A DNA stretch of 62,215 bases from positions 1 to 62,215 of the forward strand of contig JAJDZM010000274.1 in assembly GCA_022824615.1 (NCBI GenBank). The letters are read 5' to 3'. Source of the stretch: Candidatus Binatia bacterium (GTDB lineage Bacteria; Desulfobacterota; Binatia; Bin18). The notes under the pieces were generated by a model. It ran no database searches. It worked only from the letters and a program-made list of their open reading frames with translations, and was not told where the DNA came from. Shown here in pieces: positions 37,122 to 47,586 of the stretch; the stretch's first letter is position 1; each line of letters opens with the position of its first letter. The position numbers were made by a program, and so were the translations under genes.

Positions 37122-37703
37122 TTACAGACTGCTCCGCATTTCTTCGGCGGGACGGTGGATCGGACACGTGGTTTCGCGGTCCGCCAAATCAAAGCAAAAA
37201 AGGAACTTCGCAAACCCGCATAGCACGGCCATCGTCACCCCGAGCTCGAATATCTCTCCGTCACTGAAATGTGCGGCCAACTCGTGATGCAGCTCCTCGG
37301 TCATATACCCGTGGAGGTTGGTGAGCGCCATCTGCTCGCACAGCCTGAGTACCGCCCGGTCACGCGGCGAAAACACCTCGTTGTCGATATCGTCCGGAAG
37401 CGCCTCAATCTGTTCCGTGGTCAGGCCGGCCCGTCTCGCCGAGACGGTGTTGACCCTGTTTCATAAGAAGCAGCCGTGAGTCTTGGAGAGTTTGAGGCGG
37501 AGCAGCTCCTTGGTGCGCACATCGACGCGGCCCTCATAGAAGACCCGCTTGTAGAAGCTGTTGAAGTACCAATCGAGCAGTTCGGGCGCGTTGGCGCCAA
37601 CCTCGATCAGCCGCGCGTCCCCGGCCTCGCGCAGACACTCGTCGTACATCACAGCCATATCGGGTGCGAGTTCCTCACGGGTGAGGCGTTTCATTGCACA
37701 CAT
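37122..37703 (-). CDS. AhpD/carboxymuconolactone decarboxylase-like selenoprotein (CxxU; TGA at 37461-37463)
   Basis: ORFs 37461-37703 and 37122-37376 are in one frame: VDVRTKELLRLKLSKTHGCFL(TGA)NRVN..FSPRDRAVLRLCEQM; SECIS-like hairpin follows. Confidence 0.85.
37431..37447 (-). promoter_or_regulatory. Putative bacterial SECIS hairpin
   Basis: CCGUCUC-GGC-GAGACGG, loop starts ~20 nt after UGA and begins with G. Confidence 0.7.
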
Positions 37704-37896
37704 AGCGTTGCTCCTTTCCTCGGCTGAAAATGTATATATGCTCCGCTATCGAGTAGAACTCAGGTAGCGAAGTTGTGAGGGGGAATCAACACGGCTTGTG
37801 GGGTTTGTATTGTCAAAATTTTGTCGATATGCCAAACTCCGCGCTAACGAAAAAATTGAGATGTGCCAACGAGGAGCCAATAAGGAGGGCTGACAG

Positions 37897-39726
37897 ATGA
37901 ATGAAGCGGCAGAGACATCCCAACCGACCGGCATTCCAACTCCCGAAGAACTGGGCTTTGACCCGGCTGACCTGCGTCAGAAGTACGCCGAGGAGCGAAC
38001 TAGGCGTTTGCGCACGGACGGCAACAATCAGTATCAGGAAATCACCGGCCAGCACGCCCACTATAATATCGATCCCTATGTCGAGCCGGGCTTCACCCGC
38101 CCCGCGCTGCAAGAAGAACTCGACGCGGTGATTATCGGTGGCGGCTTTGGTGGCCTGCTGGCGGCTGCGCGCTTGCAGAAGGAAGGGATCACCAATATCC
38201 GCATCATCGAGAAGGCCGGAGACTTCGGCGGGACCTGGTATTGGAACCGCTACCCTGGGGCCCAGTGTGACATCGAATCCTATGTCTATCTGCCCCTGCT
38301 CGAAGAGACCGGCTATATGCCCAAGGAAAAATACTCCTTTGCACCGGAAATTTTTGAGCACGCCCAGCGGATCGGCAAGCACTTTAATCTCTACGAGCGG
38401 GCCTGCTTCCAGACCCAGGTCAGGGAGGCGCGATGGAACGAAGAGGACGGGCGCTGGACGATTACCACCGACCGTGACGACGTCTTCCGGGCGCGTTTTG
38501 TGATCATGTCGAGCGGACCCTTGAACCGACCCAAGCTGCCGGCGATTCCCGGTATCGAAAAGTTCAAAGGCCATACCTTCCACACCAGCCGCTGGGACTA
38601 TGACTACACCGGCGGTGACACCACCGGCGGCATGCACAAACTCAAAGATAAACGCGTGGGCATCATTGGCACCGGGGCGACCGCGATCCAGTCCGTTCCG
38701 CACCTCGGTGAACACGCCAAACAGCTCTACGTGTTCCAGCGCACCCCGTCCTCGGTGGACGAACGTGGCAACAAACCGACCGACCCGGAATGGGTCAGGA
38801 CGCTGAAGCCCGGCTGGCAGGACTACCGCAACAACAACTTCTGCTCCATCCTGGCCGGGATTCCGGTTGAGGAAGACCTCGTCGGCGACAAGTGGACCAG
38901 CCTGTTCAAGAAACTTTCCGAACTGCTCACGGGTAAGGAAGATTCCAACCTGTCCGACGAAGGCATGGCGATCATGTCGGAGATCGCCGACTACCAGAAG
39001 ATGAATGAGATTCGCGACCGCGTGTCTTCAACCGTCACCGATCCGGAGACCGCGGAAGCGCTTAAACCCTGGTACGGCCAGTGGTGCAAGCGTCCGACCT
39101 TTAACGACGAATACCTGCCAACCTTCAACCGGCCCAACGTCAATCTGGTCGATACCAAGGGCAAAGGTGTTGAGCGCGTCACCGAAAACACGGTGAGCGT
39201 GGACGGTGTCGAGTACGAAGTGGACTGCCTGATCTACGCGACCGGCTTCGAGGTTGGGACGGCCTACACGCGGCGCGCCGAGTTCGAGGTGTACGGCCGT
39301 GACGGGCTGTCGCTGAGCGATTACTGGGCCGACGGCATGAAGACCTATCACGGCTTTTTGAGCAACGGCTTTCCGAACTGTTTCCACATGGGGCTCACCC
39401 AGACCGGCCTCGCGCCCAACTTCACCTATATGCTGAACGGGCAGGCCGTGCACATCGCCCATCTCGTTAGCCAGGTAGAAGCCCGTGACGCCAAGTCCAT
39501 CGAGCCCACCCTTGAGGCCGAGGACGAGTGGGTGAAGCTGGTAACCAGCCCGACCTTTATGACCGAGTACCAGAACACCTGTACGCCGGGCTATTACAAC
39601 GGCGAGGGGAAGAACGAAGGGCATGGCTTCATCGAGACCCAGTATCCCGACGGCGCAGTGCCCTTCTACGATATGCTCGCCGCCTGGCGCGCGCAGGGCG
39701 ATTTCGAGGGGCTGATCGTTCGCTAA
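37897..39726 (+). CDS. Baeyer-Villiger monooxygenase (long type)
   Basis: [45 protein letters not shown]. Confidence 0.93.
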   Translation: MNEAAETSQPTGIPTPEELGFDPADLRQKYAEERTRRLRTDGNNQYQEITGQHAHYNIDPYVEPGFTRPALQEELDAVIIGGGFGGLLAAARLQKEGITNIRIIEKAGDFGGTWYWNRYPGAQCDIESYVYLPLLEETGYMPKEKYSFAPEIFEHAQRIGKHFNLYERACFQTQVREARWNEEDGRWTITTDRDDVFRARFVIMSSGPLNRPKLPAIPGIEKFKGHTFHTSRWDYDYTGGDTTGGMHKLKDKRVGIIGTGATAIQSVPHLGEHAKQLYVFQRTPSSVDERGNKPTDPEWVRTLKPGWQDYRNNNFCSILAGIPVEEDLVGDKWTSLFKKLSELLTGKEDSNLSDEGMAIMSEIADYQKMNEIRDRVSSTVTDPETAEALKPWYGQWCKRPTFNDEYLPTFNRPNVNLVDTKGKGVERVTENTVSVDGVEYEVDCLIYATGFEVGTAYTRRAEFEVYGRDGLSLSDYWADGMKTYHGFLSNGFPNCFHMGLTQTGLAPNFTYMLNGQAVHIAHLVSQVEARDAKSIEPTLEAEDEWVKLVTSPTFMTEYQNTCTPGYYNGEGKNEGHGFIETQYPDGAVPFYDMLAAWRAQGDFEGLIVR

Positions 39727-39996
39727 AGCGGTTTACGATAAATTGTAGCCGTGCCAGTCCGCGTTCGTCGGGAAGGATACGGGCCGGCCCTAAGCGGTCG
39801 GGGAGGGGAGCCCGCACTCCTCAAGGACGGGTGCTGCCCATTGTGTCGATCGCTCCCTACGGGCCGTCCGCTCGCGCCCTCACCCGGCCCTGCGGGCTGG
39901 GGGAGGGCGAAACCGCCAAACAGGTTCATTTGCATCACACGTCAAGGAGGAGAGAGACGCGTTACACGGCATCGTAATTTGCACCAAACCGTTCTA
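39723..39996. mobile_element. MITE-like element between convergent genes; both ends overlap stop codons
   Basis: Left CTAAAGCGGTTTACGATAAATTGTAGCC; right end reverse complement TAGAACGGTTTGGTGCAAATTACGATGCCGTGTAAC shares GCAAATTACGAT..GTGTA with 1854. Confidence 0.6.
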
Positions 39997-41412
39997 CGCC
40001 TTGGCGGCGAGCCAGGCTTCGGTCTCGGCCAGCGCGTCCTTCAGACGCTGGAGGAGCAGACCGACCTCCTGCTGGGTAATGATCAGCGGCGGCGCCATAA
40101 AAATGACATCAGGTCCTATTTCTCGCACCAGCAGCCCGCGCTTCAGGGCCGCCCGACGGACGTAGTCCGCGACATTGTACTCGGGCGGAAACGGCTCGCG
40201 CGTGTCCTTATCCTGGACGAACTCCAGGGCCGCGATCAAGCCCAGACCCCGCACGTCGCCGACGATGGGCGCGGCGCGCAACTCGGCCAGCCCTTCCTGA
40301 AAAAGCGCCCCCATCCGGGCCGCATGGTCGACGAGCTGGTCCCGCTCCATAATTTCGAGCGTCTTCAGCCCGGCTGCGCAGCACACCGGATGGCCGGAGT
40401 TGGTATAGCCATGGGAGAAACCCGTGCCTTCGGGAGCCTGCAGAAAGGTGTCGTAAATCTTCTCGTGCAAGAGTACCGCGCCGAGTGGCAGATAGCCGCT
40501 GTTGATGCCCTTGGCCGTGCTGATCATATCCGGGGTGACGCCCCAGTGCTCGATGGCAAACATCTTGCCCGTCCGGCCAAAACCGGTAATGACTTCGTCG
40601 GACACCATGAGTACATCATACTTGTCGCAGATGGCCCGGATACGCTGAAAGTATTCCGGGGGAAGGGGGATGCCGCCCCCGCCTCCCAAAACGGGTTCGG
40701 CAATAAAAAAGGCCACGGTTTCCGGCCCTTCTTCGAGAATGACCTTTTCCAGCATATCCGCACACGCCAAGGTACAGGCCGGCTGCGTCCCGCACTGCTC
40801 ACACCGATAGCGGTACGGGGTGGGAATATGCCGCACCTTTGACAGCAGGGGCCCAAAGTATTCGTGCATATGCGGCAGCCCCGTCAGGCTGGCGGCTCCG
40901 TACGTTGCTCCGTGATAGCTGCGGTCCAGCGCAATCGCCGTGGTCTTCTTCTCCAGGCCGCGCAGCCGAAAATAGAGCCGACTGACCTTGATAACCGTTT
41001 CGTTGGCTTCCGAGCCACCCGAGACAAAAATCGCTCGGTTCAGCCCGTCCGGGGCATGCTGGGTCAACTTTGCCGCCAATTCAATGGAGGGCGGGGTGGA
41101 GAAATTCCAGCCGCTTAAATGAAACGGGAGGGTCTTCATTTGCGCGTGAACCGCGTCAGCGATCTCCGTCTGGTCGTAGCCCAAGCCCACATTGCCGATG
41201 CCGGAGCAGCCATCGAGATACTGATTGCCCTCGGCATCCCAGAGATAGACCCCTTTCCCCGCAACAATAACGGTGAAATCTCCGTCGGAATGATCCTGAA
41301 AGGTCGTAAAGACCGGAAGCTTATGCTGGCGTTCCAGGTCTCGTAACTTCTCAACGTCCAACTCAAAGGGGCGCGGGGCGGGCGGCTGCGCGTATGCCTG
41401 CTGCTGACTCAT
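39994..41412 (-). CDS. Class III PLP aminotransferase
   Basis: YLDGCSG, SGGSEANE, SYHG, FIAEPVLG, DEVITGFGRTG, TAKGINSGYLP. Confidence 0.93.
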   Translation of the reverse strand: MSQQQAYAQPPAPRPFELDVEKLRDLERQHKLPVFTTFQDHSDGDFTVIVAGKGVYLWDAEGNQYLDGCSGIGNVGLGYDQTEIADAVHAQMKTLPFHLSGWNFSTPPSIELAAKLTQHAPDGLNRAIFVSGGSEANETVIKVSRLYFRLRGLEKKTTAIALDRSYHGATYGAASLTGLPHMHEYFGPLLSKVRHIPTPYRYRCEQCGTQPACTLACADMLEKVILEEGPETVAFFIAEPVLGGGGGIPLPPEYFQRIRAICDKYDVLMVSDEVITGFGRTGKMFAIEHWGVTPDMISTAKGINSGYLPLGAVLLHEKIYDTFLQAPEGTGFSHGYTNSGHPVCCAAGLKTLEIMERDQLVDHAARMGALFQEGLAELRAAPIVGDVRGLGLIAALEFVQDKDTREPFPPEYNVADYVRRAALKRGLLVREIGPDVIFMAPPLIITQQEVGLLLQRLKDALAETEAWLAAKA

Positions 41413-41541
41413 ATCTGACCCTCCTTATTCCTGAGTCTGGGCTGGAAATGTCATGCCGAGCGTAAGACCATTGCTGACCAGAGTCAAACGGTGAGACAGA
41501 TCGCGAACAACTACCGGCTTGCACGTCCCTTGCTGCCTTAT

Positions 41542-42303
41542 TTACTGCGCCACGTAGCCGCCATCGACCGCCATGGGATGGCCGGTCACAAACGAGGCCG
41601 CTTCAGAACACAGCCACGCCACAGCTTCACCGATCTCACTCGGTTGGGCCATACGACCAACGGGTTCTGCGGCGTTAATCCCTTCGGCCATTTCGGGCAC
41701 TTTTTCAAAGGCGCGTTTGAGCATCGGCGTCTCCACAGCACCTGGACAGACCGCATTCACCCGAATGCCGGCCTTGGCGTACTCAAGCGCCGCGGTCTTG
41801 GTGAGCCCGACCACCCCATGTTTGGCCGCGACGTAGGCAGACCCGGCTGGTATGCCTTGTAAACCAGCCACCGAGGCGGTGTTCACAATCGCGCCTCCAC
41901 CCTGGCTGAGCATCTGCTGGATTTCCGCCTTCATGCTGAGCCACACTCCCTTGAGGTTAATCCCGATCACCCGATCCCAGGTGGCCTCAGGGTAGTCCGG
42001 TGTTGGCACGAAGTCTCCTTCGATGCCGGCGTTATTAAAGGCGCAGTCCAGCCGGCCATAGGTCTCCACCACGTGCTTGACCATGGCCTCTGTGTCAGCC
42101 GCTTGGGATACGTCAGTCCGGATAAAGATCGCCTCGCCCCCAGCGTCTTTGATCAAACGCACGGTTTCTTCGGCGCCTTCGACATTGACATCAGCCACCG
42201 CGACCTTTGCGCCTTCGCGAGCAAAAACCTGCGCGGTCGCCCGGCCAATGCCGGTGCTCGCGCCCGTGATTAAAGCGACCTTTCCGTCTAAGAGTCCCGC
42301 CAT
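41542..42303 (-). CDS. Short-chain dehydrogenase/reductase
   Basis: TGASTGIG, FNNAG, YVAAKHG, VNAVCPG. Confidence 0.95.
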   Translation of the reverse strand: MAGLLDGKVALITGASTGIGRATAQVFAREGAKVAVADVNVEGAEETVRLIKDAGGEAIFIRTDVSQAADTEAMVKHVVETYGRLDCAFNNAGIEGDFVPTPDYPEATWDRVIGINLKGVWLSMKAEIQQMLSQGGGAIVNTASVAGLQGIPAGSAYVAAKHGVVGLTKTAALEYAKAGIRVNAVCPGAVETPMLKRAFEKVPEMAEGINAAEPVGRMAQPSEIGEAVAWLCSEAASFVTGHPMAVDGGYVAQ

Positions 42304-42342
42304 ATATGACCTCCTTGTTCTGTCAGCAATACCTGTACTCGA

Positions 42343-43521
42343 TTAGCTCCGCAGCGGACGAAAGAATGCCCGGATTTCTTCGACTAATTGTTCCGGCTCT
42401 TCCATTGAGGCAAAGTGTCCGCCTGACGGCATAACGGTCCAGCGCTGAAGGTTGTAATACGTCTCTGCCCACTTGCGAGGCAGGAGGACCACATCCTTGG
42501 GGAACACCGCGATGCCCGTTGGTGCGCTCACGACCGGCGTCTGGTCATGTGACGCCTGCCAGAGATTGTGCGCGGCCTCATAATAATACCGGGCGGACGC
42601 TCCAAAACTCTGCGTAACCCAGTATAAGGTCATGGTGGTCAACAGTTCATCTTTGGTGAAGCGTGTTTCTACGTCGTCGTTACAGTCGCTCCAGGTTCGC
42701 CGTTTCTCCAATATCCAGGCACACAGCCCGGCGGGTGAATCATTCAGACCATAGGCCAGGGTTTGTGGCTTGGTTGTCTGGAGGGCCACATAGCCGGTTT
42801 CCGCTGTCAGAAAGTGCATGCTGCGGTCAAACCAGCCTTCTTCACCAGGTCCGTACATTGAGCGATCAACCATGCTCGTCAGCGGACCGGCAAAGGCGTT
42901 GAGCGGCAACATGACATGGGTATGGACCCCAATCACGCGGTCAGCATACTTATGGCCGAGTTGGGCGGCTATAGCGGCCCCCCAGTCGCCGCCCTGTGTG
43001 GCGAATCTATCGTAGCCCAACACGTCCTGCATCAAGGTCACCCACAGATCGGCCGTTCGCCAATAGTTGATGCCAGGTACGTTGATTGGCGAAGAGAAGC
43101 CGTAGCCGGGCAAAGACGGAACAACAATATCAAACGAATCAGCCGCATCGCCGCCAAACGCGGCTGGATCGGTCAACGGCCGGATGACTTTGTTGAGATC
43201 CCAAAACGTCCACGGCCAGCCGTGGTTCAAAATGAGCGGCATCGGGTTTGCGCCTTTGCCGGGCTCGTGAATGAAGTGGATGGGAATGTCTTCAATCGTG
43301 GTCTTGTAATGGGAGAAGGCATTCATCTCGGCTTCGTGGGCACGCCAGTCGTACTGCTCAATCCAGTACGTGACCAACTCTTTGAGATATGCGCTATTCG
43401 TGCCATACGCCCACTCATCATTGGCGAAATCATTGGCCCAACGGGTACAAGTCAAACGGTCTCGTAAATCCGTTAGGACCTCGTCCGGGATCTGAATGGT
43501 AAATGGCTCTTTTGCGGGCAT
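42343..43521 (-). CDS. Epoxide hydrolase (microsomal-type, EHN domain)
   Basis: PFTIQIPDEVLTDL, HGWP, PSLPGYGFS, QGGDWG, GGHFASMEEP. Confidence 0.93.
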   Translation of the reverse strand: MPAKEPFTIQIPDEVLTDLRDRLTCTRWANDFANDEWAYGTNSAYLKELVTYWIEQYDWRAHEAEMNAFSHYKTTIEDIPIHFIHEPGKGANPMPLILNHGWPWTFWDLNKVIRPLTDPAAFGGDAADSFDIVVPSLPGYGFSSPINVPGINYWRTADLWVTLMQDVLGYDRFATQGGDWGAAIAAQLGHKYADRVIGVHTHVMLPLNAFAGPLTSMVDRSMYGPGEEGWFDRSMHFLTAETGYVALQTTKPQTLAYGLNDSPAGLCAWILEKRRTWSDCNDDVETRFTKDELLTTMTLYWVTQSFGASARYYYEAAHNLWQASHDQTPVVSAPTGIAVFPKDVVLLPRKWAETYYNLQRWTVMPSGGHFASMEEPEQLVEEIRAFFRPLRS

Positions 43522-43539
43522 GACCTCTGCCTTTCTCCG

Positions 43540-44721
43540 CTAACTCCTAACCGGACAATTGTAGACGCGCCGGACGTTTTCCCCCAAGACCTGGAGCCGT
43601 GCCTGTTCCGGCATCTTTGCCGTGAGGTTGCCCAACTCCTTAATATAGTCCCCCGTGTGGTCGGGATGAGGAAAATCGGACGCCCAGAAAAAGCGATCCG
43701 CTCCGAGCAGGTCAACCATTGCCGGCAACGCTTTTTCGTCCGGATCGGCGGAGATCCACACGTTGCGTTTGAAATATTCACTGGGGCGCTCTTTGATCGG
43801 CAATGAACGGCCAATAATGCTGTCGTACACCGCATCCATGCGGTCGAGCCAGTAACTGGCCCAACCTGCGCCGACTTCGAGAATGACGATTTTGAGTTTT
43901 GGAAATTTCTCAAATGTCCCGTACTGCATAAAACTCGCGAGCGCGTGCCGGGCAGCGTCCGAGGCTGTGACATTCAGAAAGAAGCTCTGCTTACGGACAT
44001 ACTCCAGATCGTAGCGACCCGGCAGTGCCCACTGGGGTTCGAGAGATGGATGGACGCCTAATGGAACGTCAAGCTCCTGGGCCTTGGCGAACAAGACATC
44101 GTGATCCGGATGGGCATGCGGTTTACGGGTCATGACAAACTGGACGACCCAGCCGCCTTTGCAGCCGGCTTTGACTGCCCGTTCCAGCTCTTCTGCTGCG
44201 GCGTGTGGGTCGCCCAGCGAAAGATGGGCCACTGGAATCAAACGGCCTCCACTGTCGGAGCACCAGTCCACGATCCAGCGATTATACGCCCGGCACATGG
44301 CTTGGGCATAGCCGGCATCTTCACATTCGGTCTCCCACACCAGATCGAGACTTGGGTAAATAATCGCGGCATCGAGCCCCTCTAAATCGAGGCGTTGCAT
44401 CCGTTGCTTGGCGTCCATTGCTCCCAGTAAAAACTCATCCCCATAATGTTGACGCAGATTAACCTTCCCTTTCTCTCGCGTCACTTGGCCCATCGACCCA
44501 ACACTCGAGAAGGCTCCGCCCCGGCTGACCCGTGAGGGCTTCCCGCAGATTTCCAAATAATCCATGCCCTGATCGTCAACCTTTAGGCGTATGGCCGTTG
44601 AGCGATATCTGGGATCACAATACGTTTCCCACAGGTCTGCGGCTTCAAGGATATGGCCGTCTGCGTCTACGGCTCCCTGAAAGTTGAGTTTATCAATCTG
44701 CTCTTCGATGATGTGCGGCAT
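43540..44721 (-). CDS. Amidohydrolase family 2 protein
   Basis: DADGHILE, PLGVHP, ILEVGAGW, WASDFPHPD. Confidence 0.9.
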   Translation of the reverse strand: MPHIIEEQIDKLNFQGAVDADGHILEAADLWETYCDPRYRSTAIRLKVDDQGMDYLEICGKPSRVSRGGAFSSVGSMGQVTREKGKVNLRQHYGDEFLLGAMDAKQRMQRLDLEGLDAAIIYPSLDLVWETECEDAGYAQAMCRAYNRWIVDWCSDSGGRLIPVAHLSLGDPHAAAEELERAVKAGCKGGWVVQFVMTRKPHAHPDHDVLFAKAQELDVPLGVHPSLEPQWALPGRYDLEYVRKQSFFLNVTASDAARHALASFMQYGTFEKFPKLKIVILEVGAGWASYWLDRMDAVYDSIIGRSLPIKERPSEYFKRNVWISADPDEKALPAMVDLLGADRFFWASDFPHPDHTGDYIKELGNLTAKMPEQARLQVLGENVRRVYNCPVRS

Positions 44722-44744
44722 TCAATCCTCCTGTCATGCTGTGC

Positions 44745-45953
44745 TTACCTCCAAGCACCCGACTCACTCGATTGATAACCGAGCGTCCGGTAGACGGCAT
44801 CGACCAGGCTCTGTCCCCGCTCATTGAGCGAAGCGCCTGAGCCCATCCGGTTCATGGTATAGCCAAAGGACATGCCGGCTTTGGGGTCGGCAAAACCAAA
44901 CGAGCCACCTGCACCAACATGGCCGAACGCCTCCTCAGAGAACAGGACACTGTCCTGTACGCCCGCCGGCTCCTTGCGGTTGTCCATGGTTTTCATGAAA
45001 CCCAGAGCAAACCGGGTCGGCATGACCAGCACGGCGTCTCTGCCGGTTGAAGACGATACGCGGCCCATCCGGGCCAGGGTCTCGGCGTTGACCAGTTCGA
45101 CGGCGTCCTTTTTGCCGCCCAGGGCGAGCGGTTCATACATGCCGGCCAGCCCGCGGGCGTTGGTGATCCCGCCCGCACCGCCGATTTCCGCGGCGTGCGC
45201 GGCCCGGCGGTCATACTCGGGAACGGTGCCCATATACCCGCCGACGTTGAGGATGGATAATGCCGCCAGCGTGCCCGGTGTGGCCATCTCCTGAAAGAGC
45301 AGGCTGTTCGGGTCGGGCTCGGCGGCAATCATGGGGGCGACCCGTGACTCTTTGTCTTCGGGTAAACCGATCCAGAAGTCCAGACCGAGCGGGTCTGCGA
45401 TTTCGTCCTTAAAAAACGTTCCAAGCGATTTGCCGGAGACGCGCCGGACCACTTCGCCGATCAGCCAGCCATAGGTGAGGGCATGATAGCCGTTCCGCGT
45501 GCCGGGCTCCCAAAACGGTTCTTCTTTGGCCAGAGCATTGACCATCAGCTCCCAATCCGCATAGGCACCTTGCGGAAGATTTTCACGCACCGCGGGCAAC
45601 CCGGCCTGATGATTCAGCAGCATCTTGACCTGGATATTTTCCTTGCCGGCTTGGGCAAACTCGGGCCAGTAGCTGGCGACCGGCGCATCGAGGTCGAGCT
45701 GGCCGCGCGAGGCCAGGACATGAGCGCAAATGGCCGTCGCGCCTTTTGTTGAGGAAAAGACGATGCTGACCGTCTCGTCGGTCCACGGCGTACCGGTCTC
45801 GGTGTTAGCCGTCCCGCCCCACAGATCGACCACGGTTTGCCCGCCGACGGTCACGCACACCGATGCGCCAACTTCGTCCCGCTCCGCAAAATTGCGCTCG
45901 AACTCCTGTCGCACTTCCTGAAACTTTTGATCACATGTTCCCTGTACTGCCAT
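44745..45953 (-). CDS. Serine hydrolase (beta-lactamase/esterase family)
   Basis: FSSTKG (SxxK), LLNHQAG, YHALTYG, FGHVGAGGS. Confidence 0.92.
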   Translation of the reverse strand: MAVQGTCDQKFQEVRQEFERNFAERDEVGASVCVTVGGQTVVDLWGGTANTETGTPWTDETVSIVFSSTKGATAICAHVLASRGQLDLDAPVASYWPEFAQAGKENIQVKMLLNHQAGLPAVRENLPQGAYADWELMVNALAKEEPFWEPGTRNGYHALTYGWLIGEVVRRVSGKSLGTFFKDEIADPLGLDFWIGLPEDKESRVAPMIAAEPDPNSLLFQEMATPGTLAALSILNVGGYMGTVPEYDRRAAHAAEIGGAGGITNARGLAGMYEPLALGGKKDAVELVNAETLARMGRVSSSTGRDAVLVMPTRFALGFMKTMDNRKEPAGVQDSVLFSEEAFGHVGAGGSFGFADPKAGMSFGYTMNRMGSGASLNERGQSLVDAVYRTLGYQSSESGAWR

Positions 45954-45980
45954 GCTGTTCCTCCTTTTTTTATTCAGACT

Positions 45981-47168
45981 TTACGCTCCTGCTGTATCAA
46001 ATCGGAGCGGTAAAGTCTGTGGGCCTCGGACGATGAGCGAGGCAATCGGAGCGACCCGTTCAGTTGCACAGGAGAAAGGCGGGCAGTCAAACAGCAGCGC
46101 TTCCAGTGCATTCCGGCCTTCCAGACGTGCCAGCGGAGCGCCTAGGCAGTAGTGGATGCCATAGCCAAAGGCAACGTGATCCTGCGGATTGCGGGCGACG
46201 TCAAAACGGTCTGGCTCGGGAAATTGACGCTCATCGCGGTTTGCCGATCCCAATAGTAAAAATACGTTCTGTCCGGCTGGAATCTTGCCGCCCTCCAACT
46301 CCACATCCTGGGCCGTCCGGCGAAAAATTACCTGAACGGGCGAGTCATAGCGTAGCACTTCTTCGACGAGCGCAGGCAATAGGGCAGGGTCGGCTCGAAC
46401 TTTGGCCAATTCATCGGGATGGTTGAGTAAGGTAAGAACCGCGTTTCCAATCAAGTTGGTCGTCGTCTCATTCCCTGCTACCAGGATTAATACGGCGAGA
46501 GCGAGAATCTCGGTGGCAGACAGCATGTCACGCTCTTCTTCGGCTTGCACGAGAGCGCTAATCACGTCATCTCCTGGACTAGTCCGGCGATGTTCAATCA
46601 TCTGCTCGAAATAGGCTCGCAGTCCGGCCAGGCTCTCTCGGATTTCTATCCGTTCGGCCTCGTCTGTAGGGCGGCTCGTTGCCCTGACGATGTCGTCCGA
46701 CCAGACCTTAAAGGCGCCGCGTCGTTCAATCTCGACACCAAGCATTTCCGCGATGACGATCGTTGGGAGCGGCCCGGAGAACATGGAGACGAGATCGCTC
46801 TCCGACTGCCCGCGTATCGGTTCGATCAACTCTTGGATAATTGCCTGCACGCGTGGTTCAAGGGTTCGGATGAGGCGAGGTGCAAAGCCTTTATTGGCCA
46901 GCTTCCGCAGTCGGGTGTGGTCGGGAGGGTTCATATCGAGAATCCATGGTACCTCCGACACGGGATTCAGATCGCCCAAGGCTTCAGCCGTAAATACCGA
47001 AGATGAGAAGATCTGCGGGTTGCGTAAGGCAAAGTCCACATCAGCATACCGGCTCAGCGCCCAGCACTGAAAAGGCTCAAGCCAAATGACTGGGGCTTTG
47101 TTTCTCAGTTCAGTGTAATACGGGTACGGATTCGCCGTCACTTCTGGAGACAGTGGATTAAAGTCCAT
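45981..47168 (-). CDS. Cytochrome P450
   Basis: AGNETT, EEVLR, FGYGIHYCLG. Confidence 0.95.
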   Translation of the reverse strand: MDFNPLSPEVTANPYPYYTELRNKAPVIWLEPFQCWALSRYADVDFALRNPQIFSSSVFTAEALGDLNPVSEVPWILDMNPPDHTRLRKLANKGFAPRLIRTLEPRVQAIIQELIEPIRGQSESDLVSMFSGPLPTIVIAEMLGVEIERRGAFKVWSDDIVRATSRPTDEAERIEIRESLAGLRAYFEQMIEHRRTSPGDDVISALVQAEEERDMLSATEILALAVLILVAGNETTTNLIGNAVLTLLNHPDELAKVRADPALLPALVEEVLRYDSPVQVIFRRTAQDVELEGGKIPAGQNVFLLLGSANRDERQFPEPDRFDVARNPQDHVAFGYGIHYCLGAPLARLEGRNALEALLFDCPPFSCATERVAPIASLIVRGPQTLPLRFDTAGA

Positions 47169-47191
47169 ACGGAAGCTCCTCCTGAACGAGT

Positions 47192-47524
47192 CTAAGCGCT
47201 CTCAGCAAACCGTCTCTGCCGCTCACGGAGCAACAGGAATAACGGCAGACCGGCGGAAAACGCCACCAGCCACGAGACCGCGAGGCAGATAACAAAATTC
47301 CGCGTCCCCAGCGTTCGTCCCTCGGAGAATAACCAAACGTTATACGCGATAAATGCGATCAACAGGTCGAACAGGAGTGAGGCGGTGACTGCACTTTCCA
47401 TCGGCACGGTAAAGAAGTCAACCAGAAGATTCCCACCTGCGCCCATGTACTGTATGTTGTAATACATGGGGAGGAGAACTCCCACGATAACCAGAACCGT
47501 ATAGACCTTTTCACGCGTTGTCAT
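47192..47524 (-). CDS. DUF2834-like small membrane protein
   Basis: Three hydrophobic helices, SLLFDLLI, GLPLFLLLRER. Confidence 0.75.
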   Translation of the reverse strand: MTTREKVYTVLVIVGVLLPMYYNIQYMGAGGNLLVDFFTVPMESAVTASLLFDLLIAFIAYNVWLFSEGRTLGTRNFVICLAVSWLVAFSAGLPLFLLLRERQRRFAESA

Positions 47525-47586
47525 ACTTCAGCCCTCCTTTTCACAAGGCGTTCATCCTTACCCTTTCAACCCCCTGTTTCGTCGTG

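Noticed and set aside
37830-37880. TTGGCAC/TTGGCAT motifs in the divergent BVMO intergenic region as sigma54 promoters
   Set aside because: No TTGC at the -12 position
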